DNA of 54,769 bases, from the NCBI GenBank assembly GCA_964365185.1, contig CAYIOP010000005.1:1-54769 (forward strand). The letters are read 5' to 3'. This document shows, one piece after another, positions 49,025 to 54,769 of this stretch. The translations under genes and the position numbers were made by a program. Every line of letters begins with the position of its first letter. The stretch's first letter is position 1. Source of the DNA: an uncultured Candidatus Saccharibacteria bacterium. Its GTDB lineage: Bacteria; Patescibacteriota; Minisyncoccia; UBA6257; 2-01-FULL-56-20. The notes under the pieces were generated by a model. That model was not told the DNA's origin, made no database searches, and was given only the letters and a program-made list of their open reading frames with translations.

Positions 49025-50032
49025 ATGAAAACATCAGTACCAAATTCGGTTCAGTTTAATGAAGATCGAACAATTGATCAGACGCTTAGGCCAACCACGT
49101 GGGATGAGTATGTGGGTCAAGAGAAAATTAAAGATAATCTTAAAGTAATTCTTGAGGCGGCCAAGAGACGCGGCGAGGCAGTGGATCATTTGCTTTTTTC
49201 CGGTCCAGCCGGACTTGGGAAAACTACCTTGGCTCTTTTGGTAGCAAAAGAAGCTGGGAGTCAGATGAAGGTGACGTCGGGTCCGGCCCTTGAGCGAGCC
49301 GGGGATTTAGCCGCGGTTTTAACTAATCTTCAGGAGGGCGAGGTGCTTTTTATAGATGAAGCCCATCGGATGAATCGGTTGATTGAGGAAGTTTTATATC
49401 CGGCCATGGAAAGCCGGAAATTGCATTTGATGATTGGTAAAGGCCCGAGCGCGCGAACGCTCACACTCGATTTGCCACCGTTTACTTTAATTGCGGCCAC
49501 GACTCGAGAGAATTTACTCTCTGGGCCGCTTCGGTCTCGGTTCGGCGCGACTTTTCGCTTGAATTATTATGAGCTTCAAGATATTAAAGCGATTATTAAT
49601 CGCTCGGCGACTATTTTGGGTTTAGAAATTTTACCGGAGGCAGCCCAGGTTTTGGCGCTGGCTTCACGGGCGACGCCGAGGGTGGCTAATCGATTACTTA
49701 AAAGAGCTCGGGATTATGCCGAAGTGCATGGCCAAGGAGTGGTAAACGGGGAGGTGGCGCTAGCAGCTCTTAAGCTTTTGGATATTGACGAGATGGGGCT
49801 TGAGCCGCAAGATCGGCGACTCTTAAAAATTATTATTGATAAATTTAACGGCGGGCCGGTGGGGTTAAATACTTTGGCTGCGGCTTTAAATGAAGATAAG
49901 GGAGTGGTGGAGGATATTTTTGAACCGTATTTGATGAGTATTGGATTTTTGCAACGTTCTTCGGCCGGACGATTGGTGATGCCGGCGGCCTATGAGCATC
50001 TCAAAACCAAAAAAGCCGATGGGCTTTTTTGA
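49025..50032 (+). CDS. ruvB: Holliday junction helicase RuvB
   Basis: LRP..YVGQ, GPAGLGKTT, TSGP, FIDEAHR, PLRSRFG, TPRVANRLL, FNGGPVG, EPYL. Confidence 0.98.
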   Translation: MKTSVPNSVQFNEDRTIDQTLRPTTWDEYVGQEKIKDNLKVILEAAKRRGEAVDHLLFSGPAGLGKTTLALLVAKEAGSQMKVTSGPALERAGDLAAVLTNLQEGEVLFIDEAHRMNRLIEEVLYPAMESRKLHLMIGKGPSARTLTLDLPPFTLIAATTRENLLSGPLRSRFGATFRLNYYELQDIKAIINRSATILGLEILPEAAQVLALASRATPRVANRLLKRARDYAEVHGQGVVNGEVALAALKLLDIDEMGLEPQDRRLLKIIIDKFNGGPVGLNTLAAALNEDKGVVEDIFEPYLMSIGFLQRSSAGRLVMPAAYEHLKTKKADGLF

Positions 50033-50144
50033 TAATTAAAAGCGTAAAGATTAAAGTGTAAAATTTAGGTATCTCGCTCTAGCGGGATGATTTTATAGTT
50101 TTGAATTGTTATTTTACATTTTGATTTTTTAACTTTACATTTTA

Positions 50145-50705
50145 ATGATGATTGTAATTAATGAGTGGTTGCCGAACCCGACCGGGAAAGATGCGGATGG
50201 CGAGTGGATTGAACTTTATAATAACGGAGTAAATTCGGTTAATTTAAGCGGCTGGCGGATTGAGTCGGGAAAAACAAAAGTGAATCTTCAGGGAATAATT
50301 AAGCCGGAAGGATATTTGGTTTTGAGGCGGCCAGAAGTTAAATTTACACTTAATAATACTGATGGGGAAGTTTCGCTTTTTGATAGTATAGGAAAATTGG
50401 TCGATCATCAGAATTTTTTTGGAGCAGCTCCGGAGGGCGAGAGTTTTGCTTTGAGTCAAGATGGGATGTTTGTTTTTACAGAACCGACTTTAGGTGGAGT
50501 GAATAAATTTACAAGAGAGACGGGACTTATCAATAATAGTTATCCAGTTCACGAGGCATTAAATCGTCAAACCAGTAATTTTGATTGGTTAGGATTAGTT
50601 TTAGGAGTGGCAGCGGTTTTAACCGGACTTATAATTTTTGCAACTAAAAGAAATGAAAATTTATCAAACTTATTCTTCGGACGAGACGAGAATTTTTGGC
50701 GATAA
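50145..50705 (+). CDS. Lamin-tail-domain protein with C-terminal TM
   Basis: VINEWLPNP..EWIELYN..VNLSGW..LNNT. Confidence 0.85.
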   Translation: MMIVINEWLPNPTGKDADGEWIELYNNGVNSVNLSGWRIESGKTKVNLQGIIKPEGYLVLRRPEVKFTLNNTDGEVSLFDSIGKLVDHQNFFGAAPEGESFALSQDGMFVFTEPTLGGVNKFTRETGLINNSYPVHEALNRQTSNFDWLGLVLGVAAVLTGLIIFATKRNENLSNLFFGRDENFWR

Positions 50706-51135
50706 GTTAGTGTCAGGTGTTATGAGTCATGCGTCAGGTAGAAAAGGGGCGGTGGTGCTGGCGCTTTACGGGGATTTGGGAAGTGGGAAGACCACTTTTG
50801 CGCAAGGATTTTTGCGGGGGTTAGGGGTGCGACAACGAGTGAATAGCCCCACATTTGTTATATTTAAGCGATTTAAGATTCACGATTCACGATTCAAAAA
50901 TATTTACCACATTGATTGCTACCGGATTAAGAAAGCTAAGGAGTTGGTTGATTTGGGCATTAAGGAAATTTTGGCGGAACCGAAAAATATTGTCTTAATT
51001 GAATGGCCGGAGAGGTTGCGGAGAATTTTGCCGAAAGAAGTTATTAAAATTTATTTTAAATATGGAAAAAAAGAAAATGAGAGAATTATTGGTCTACGGG
51101 ATACTAATATGTATGAATATACGGATAAGAAATAA
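50653..51135 (+). CDS. tsaE: t6A biosynthesis ATPase TsaE
   Basis: LYGDLGSGKTT, VNSPTF, YHIDCYR, LIEWPE. Confidence 0.95.
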   Translation: MKIYQTYSSDETRIFGDKLVSGVMSHASGRKGAVVLALYGDLGSGKTTFAQGFLRGLGVRQRVNSPTFVIFKRFKIHDSRFKNIYHIDCYRIKKAKELVDLGIKEILAEPKNIVLIEWPERLRRILPKEVIKIYFKYGKKENERIIGLRDTNMYEYTDKK

Positions 51136-51163
51136 AATTTTTGAATTCGTTTTTTAATTTTTT

Positions 51164-51203
51164 TCCTTATATCCCTAATTCGCACGAATTAGGGATATAA
51201 GGA
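51164..51203. repeat. Perfect 19-bp-arm palindrome
   Basis: TCCTTATATCCCTAATTCG-CA-CGAATTAGGGATATAAGGA. Confidence 0.7.
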
Positions 51204-51357
51204 GGGGACCTATTTTAGGTTAGATTGATTTTAATTGTGGGGTGGTGCAATCGGATGTAGAAGATTGAAATAATTTTTTTGATTTTTTTGTTGGTCTAAG
51301 TTATAGAAATGCTACAGAATACGAATGATTACGGATATATGAATGAGGAATTAGAAC

Positions 51358-52146
51358 TTGATTTTTAGGGTTGTTCTAGTTGTCGTGATCCTCACTGGGT
51401 TGTTTATGGTGTGGGTTAATGCTGTTTTGAGAGCAACTAAGAGCGGAGGGGTTATTGCAGCGGTAGTCATCGGTCCTAATGGGTCGATTTCAACCAGAAG
51501 TTTTTCAAAGACGATTGCGGTGAAGGCGCAAGACGACCTTCCGAAAGAATCAGAGGCGAAAGATTTTCTTGATTTTGGCAAAGCTGGCAAGCCGAGAAAG
51601 CTGCTAGGGAGAACTCGGGGCTCAAGAGGTATGGATACCCAGCACATTTCGAATTTTCTGATTGATTTGCCGTCGCCAGGTTTTTATTTGGTGGCCGATT
51701 TTCCAGAGAGAAGTCGGATTTTGATGTTTTTGCCGGATTTGGGAGGAGTGGTGATTGATGTTTGTCTGGATGATTTTTTTGAAATTGAAACGTCTTACGC
51801 AATCAGAACGAATGGTCGGTTAAAGAGGGTGGTTGATGCGGAGGTGGCGTTTTACATCAATCTTGATTCAATTCCGGACAAATGGTTCATGAGGGAAATC
51901 GAATCGCCGCTTGACCCGGATTGGCAGGATTATCTTATTCGGAAGGCACTCGAGAGAAATCCGAAGTGGCGACTGGATATAGAAATCAAGAAAAAGCCGA
52001 CGGAGCAAGATCATGACCCGCAGTGGGACGGAGTATTTTTCTGGCGACAGCCGATTGACAGTTTTTTCGCTTGGAAATACTTGAAGACGCCGCTTAAGGA
52101 TTGGACGAGGTTCAACTATTTCGGCCTATGGGTCGAAAAAGTTTGA
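51358..52146 (+). CDS. Hypothetical membrane-anchored protein
   Basis: N-terminal TM; terminator at 52165-52200. Confidence 0.65.
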   Translation: MIFRVVLVVVILTGLFMVWVNAVLRATKSGGVIAAVVIGPNGSISTRSFSKTIAVKAQDDLPKESEAKDFLDFGKAGKPRKLLGRTRGSRGMDTQHISNFLIDLPSPGFYLVADFPERSRILMFLPDLGGVVIDVCLDDFFEIETSYAIRTNGRLKRVVDAEVAFYINLDSIPDKWFMREIESPLDPDWQDYLIRKALERNPKWRLDIEIKKKPTEQDHDPQWDGVFFWRQPIDSFFAWKYLKTPLKDWTRFNYFGLWVEKV

Positions 52147-52164
52147 TGAGCGTTTCATTTAATT

Positions 52165-52200
52165 AGCTCTTCAAGGCAGATGTCTTGAGGAGCTTTTTTT
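52165..52200 (+). terminator. Intrinsic terminator
   Basis: AGCTCTTCAAGGCA-GA-TGTCTTGAGGAGCT followed by a T-tract. Confidence 0.7.
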
Positions 52201-52216
52201 GTGGTATGATTCAATA

Positions 52217-52639
52217 ATGAATCCAGAGGAAATTAAATTAAGTCCTAAAAGCGAAGAATTTAATGCCAATATCGAAAAAATGAAAGGCAAGATATGGATT
52301 GAGATGAGCCGGAATGATCATGAAAGTATTGGAAGTTCTTTTGGAAAAGAGTTGGATGGGGATACAGGTTTAGATAAAAATATGAAATCACTTGAAGAGA
52401 GAATGACAGAGAGTCCAGATAAATCCGTCGGAAAATTAATGACCGATGAAGAAATTGATGAGTATCTAAACCATTTTGTTTCAGGTCTAAAAAGCGCGGA
52501 GGAAGATTTAAAGAATTCTAAAAACCGAGACGCATCTTTAAAAACACTAGAGGAGGTCAAGATAGAATACAGGAAGATTTTGGATTATTTAAGGAAGATT
52601 GGAAAATTGCCAAAAGCATACGAGGCGCGGGAAAACTGA
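52217..52639 (+). CDS. Hypothetical protein
   Basis: E/K-rich helical ORF; TATGAT just before ATG. Confidence 0.65.
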   Translation: MNPEEIKLSPKSEEFNANIEKMKGKIWIEMSRNDHESIGSSFGKELDGDTGLDKNMKSLEERMTESPDKSVGKLMTDEEIDEYLNHFVSGLKSAEEDLKNSKNRDASLKTLEEVKIEYRKILDYLRKIGKLPKAYEAREN

Positions 52640-52665
52640 TTTTCCTTGTGGAGAGAATTTTTACG

Positions 52666-52878
52666 CTATTTAAAATTCTCTTCTTGAAGATGGGATTGCC
52701 TTAAAATTGATTTAAAAGTTCCAAACGGGATTTCTTTTCGATTGGCTGGAATGATGACTGTCAAAGTGGTAATCCCAAATTTCCTAAATTTAACATGACT
52801 GCCTTTTTGCGAGATAAAAACGAAGCCGCTTTTTTCTAGGATTCTTCTTGTTTTGTCGGATGAATAAAGTTTAGGCAT
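52666..52878 (-). CDS. hicA: HicA-family toxin
   Basis: GFVFISQKGSHVKF..IPFGTFKSILRQ. Confidence 0.9.
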   Translation of the reverse strand: MPKLYSSDKTRRILEKSGFVFISQKGSHVKFRKFGITTLTVIIPANRKEIPFGTFKSILRQSHLQEENFK

Positions 52879-53089
52879 ACTGCAACCGTTCAGAGGAAAC
52901 AGTTGGCTTTTCTATTTTGGGCAGATTTTTAGGAGAAAAATCTTCAAAGTAAAGTTCAAGAGCTTCGCGGAGGTTTTTTAGAGATTCGGCGCGGGTTTTG
53001 CCGAAACTAGAAATATCGACATTCAAACACTGGGAAACAAAATATTTACCTTCTTTCCAAGTGATGATTTTAAGATTGGTTTTAGCCAT
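52871..53089 (-). CDS. hicB: HicB-family antitoxin (short form)
   Basis: SSFGKTRAESLKNLREALELYFED; 8-nt overlap with hicA. Confidence 0.88.
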   Translation of the reverse strand: MAKTNLKIITWKEGKYFVSQCLNVDISSFGKTRAESLKNLREALELYFEDFSPKNLPKIEKPTVSSERLQYA

Positions 53090-53165
53090 AACTTAATTCT
53101 ATATTATATTATTGGATTAGTTTTATCAAATAATGCTAGTGAGGCCGGAAAATATGGGGTTTTGG

Positions 53166-53225
53166 TCCCTCACCCTTTTATTAAAGGGTGAGGGATTGAC
53201 AGATTAGGAGTTTGTATGCTATAAT
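53166..53225 (+). promoter_or_regulatory. Consensus sigma70 promoter of the DGR target, preceded by a 13-bp hairpin
   Basis: TCCCTCACCCTTT-TATT-AAAGGGTGAGGGA (53166-53195); TTGACA 53196-53201; 18-nt spacer ending TGC; TATAAT 53220-53225. Confidence 0.8.
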
Positions 53226-53266
53226 TAAAGAGATAGATAGTTCTTTTGTATTAAAATACTTACTGG

Positions 53267-53385
53267 TTTTTGCCGTGGCACTTAGAGCATCTATTTAATC
53301 AGGTACTTTAAATGCTGCGGCAAAAAAGAGACCAAACAGAACGCAATGACGCGTTTGTTTAAATCCCTGCGGCAAAGGAGTTTTT
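53267..53385 (+). promoter_or_regulatory. Structured 5' leader of the DGR target with alternative SD-occluding pairing
   Basis: TTTGCCGTGG can pair with CTGCGGCAAA at 53315-53324 or at 53367-53376, which runs into the AAGGAG SD. Confidence 0.55.
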
Positions 53386-54012
53386 ATGTCTGGCATTTCA
53401 GTGGATCAGAGATTCGCGATGCTTGCGAAAATCGGCGAAAACATCGATTGGAACTCGCTCACAGTTGAGCAAGTTCAAGTTGGTGTCGTGGATGCGCAGA
53501 GAGCTGGAAAAGAAGCAACGGCTTTTATCCGAAATGGGTTTCGGGTTCAGGTCGGCGATTTCTTCTTGAACACCGGAGAACTCACAATCCCAATTCCGGC
53601 GCTTGCTCGTTTGAGCCTTGAGGAAATCCAGAAGAGATTTCGCGACATCAAAGGGATAGAGCGTGATACCTCGCCGACAGAAGTCGTAACCCTAAACCTC
53701 GCCACCATTCTTCGTTCTGACGAAGAAAGGGTGAATGGAGAGGAATACGAGCGACGGATAGCGTCGAAACTTGAAATTCTTTTTGGTCCCCAACAAGCTA
53801 TTTGGCTGATGGAGCACCAGGACGAATTCCCAGCTCTCATGGCCCTTCTTGGAAAAATCTATATTGATTTTTCAGGAATGGTCGTGGTGGGCGAGGATGG
53901 TGGCCGGGACGTGTTTTGTCTCAATCGGCTCGGCAAGCGTTGGGACCTCGGTAGGGATTGGGTTAGCGGTGACTTCGGTCGGGGTGGCCGTCTCGCTCTC
54001 TCTAGTAAGTAG
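53386..54012 (+). CDS. DGR target protein with C-terminal variable region (putative CLec-like)
   Basis: 3' end is homologous to the TR with adenine-specific differences; ends W..DF..RLALSSK. Confidence 0.9.
   Translation: MSGISVDQRFAMLAKIGENIDWNSLTVEQVQVGVVDAQRAGKEATAFIRNGFRVQVGDFFLNTGELTIPIPALARLSLEEIQKRFRDIKGIERDTSPTEVVTLNLATILRSDEERVNGEEYERRIASKLEILFGPQQAIWLMEHQDEFPALMALLGKIYIDFSGMVVVGEDGGRDVFCLNRLGKRWDLGRDWVSGDFGRGGRLALSSK
53882..54008 (+). repeat. DGR variable repeat (VR)
   Basis: 127-nt ungapped match to 54328-54454 with 18 mismatches, 17 opposite TR adenines. Confidence 0.95.
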
Positions 54013-54327
54013 CAGTACTTTGATTCTTGTGGCTTTGGGTTTTCGCCCTTAGTCACTTGGACCCTTGGGATATTTTCCTTAGGGTCTTTTTTTTGATACT
54101 TTAATATTGGATAGTAGATTTTACGTCCGCGGCTACGGTTTCGGGCGGTCGAATTCCGCGATAGCATCAGTCAGAATAAGAGCGGGTACGCTTTCTCTTA
54201 GCGCGCGGTGCTATTCGCTTTATATTGCTGCTACTTAGTATGAAGATCTAGGGAATTAAAGATTCCGAATAAGATTCAACTCCAAGAATATTTCAAGGAG
54301 TGGTGGTTTAGGCGGGTTTTCATACAT

Positions 54328-54454
54328 TCGTGGTGGACGAGGATGGTAACCGGAACGTGTTTTATCTCAATCAGAACGGTAAGCGTTGGGACCTCAATAG
54401 GAATTGGGTTAGCAATGACTTCAATCGGAATGGCCGTCTCGCTCTCTCTAGTAA
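54328..54454 (+). ncRNA. DGR template repeat (TR)
   Basis: AAY-rich copy of the VR reading VVDEDGNRNVFYLNQNGKRWDLNRNWVSNDFNRNGRLALSS. Confidence 0.93.
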
Positions 54455-54483
54455 CTGGCGGCAATAAAGGAAATGTTCGGCGG

Positions 54484-54769
54484 CTAATTGTGGCTTGTGA
54501 TTTGTCTAAGCCAACCGCCGAGCATTCTTCCGACTTCATTTAATTGCTCGGAAATTAAAATGTATTTTTTGGTGTCGAACGATTTAATTTCCCAAGCGAT
54601 TTGAAGAAAAAATTTAGCAAGATCAATTTTTGTGGCCGCGCGTTCTATGTATGGTATTTTTTTGTTTTTTTCCAGGAAGCTGGCTATAAATATCGCTTCA
54701 ATGGCATCGATTAGCGTAGAATCTATTTTCGCGCCGAGCGTGTAGCGGGCGTCTCTTAAGATATGGGGC
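54484..54769 (-). CDS. avd: Avd-like four-helix-bundle DGR accessory protein (5' end outside the window)
   Basis: Manual translation from 54768: PHILRDARYTLGAKID..KIDLAKFFLQIAWEIK..KKY..NEVGRMLGGWLRQITSHN-stop. Confidence 0.88.
   Translation of the reverse strand, partial: PHILRDARYTLGAKIDSTLIDAIEAIFIASFLEKNKKIPYIERAATKIDLAKFFLQIAWEIKSFDTKKYILISEQLNEVGRMLGGWLRQITSHN

Larger units (their letters stand above)
53386..54769. mobile_element. Diversity-generating retroelement cassette (RT not seen in the window)
   Basis: Target/VR, TR and avd within 1.4 kb. Confidence 0.9.

Noticed and set aside
54031-54054. Canonical DGR homing hairpin downstream of the VR
   Set aside because: Only a weak imperfect stem (GGCT..GGGT-TTTC-GCCC..AGTC); too poor to call
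54276-54543. ORFs 54343-54543 (+) and 54276-54539 (-)
   Set aside because: Shadow frames of the TR and the avd 3' end; their similarity to 53849-54052 is only the VR/TR repeat
1-54769. CRISPR array, rRNA, integrase, transposase or reverse transcriptase
   Set aside because: No regularly spaced repeats, rRNA-like tracts or catalytic motifs (such as YxDD in an RT context) were seen

Overview
About 55 kb of a low-GC bacterial chromosome using the standard genetic code. The gene style points to Patescibacteria/CPR (Parcubacteria-like); this is inference. Housekeeping genes: infC-rpmI-rplT, smpB, ileS, trpS, tyrS, rnj, nusA, hppA, clpP, ftsH, a PilB/GspE ATPase, ruvB, tsaE, tmRNA and three tRNAs, including a rare tRNA-Ile(UAU). 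These are interleaved with orphan membrane/surface proteins and two toxin-antitoxin pairs. Main result: a diversity-generating retroelement (DGR) at the right end. It has a target gene (53386-54012) whose C-terminal variable repeat differs from a 127-nt template repeat (54328-54454) at 18 sites, 17 of them template adenines (15 A-to-G). An avd gene missed by the ORF track lies antisense to the TR, no intact RT is in the window, and the target has a 5' leader that can switch structure to hide its SD. Other notable items: a dispersed family of 130-160-nt intergenic elements with conserved fold and motifs but unrelated stem sequences; three promoter-driven orphan structured RNA candidates; a foreign island with duplicated and inverted tmRNA 3' ends; palindromes and a histidine-phosphatase domain inserted in frame in ileS; and a 1078-aa protein with repeated FtsK-gamma-like winged helices. 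All alignments and folds were done by eye.
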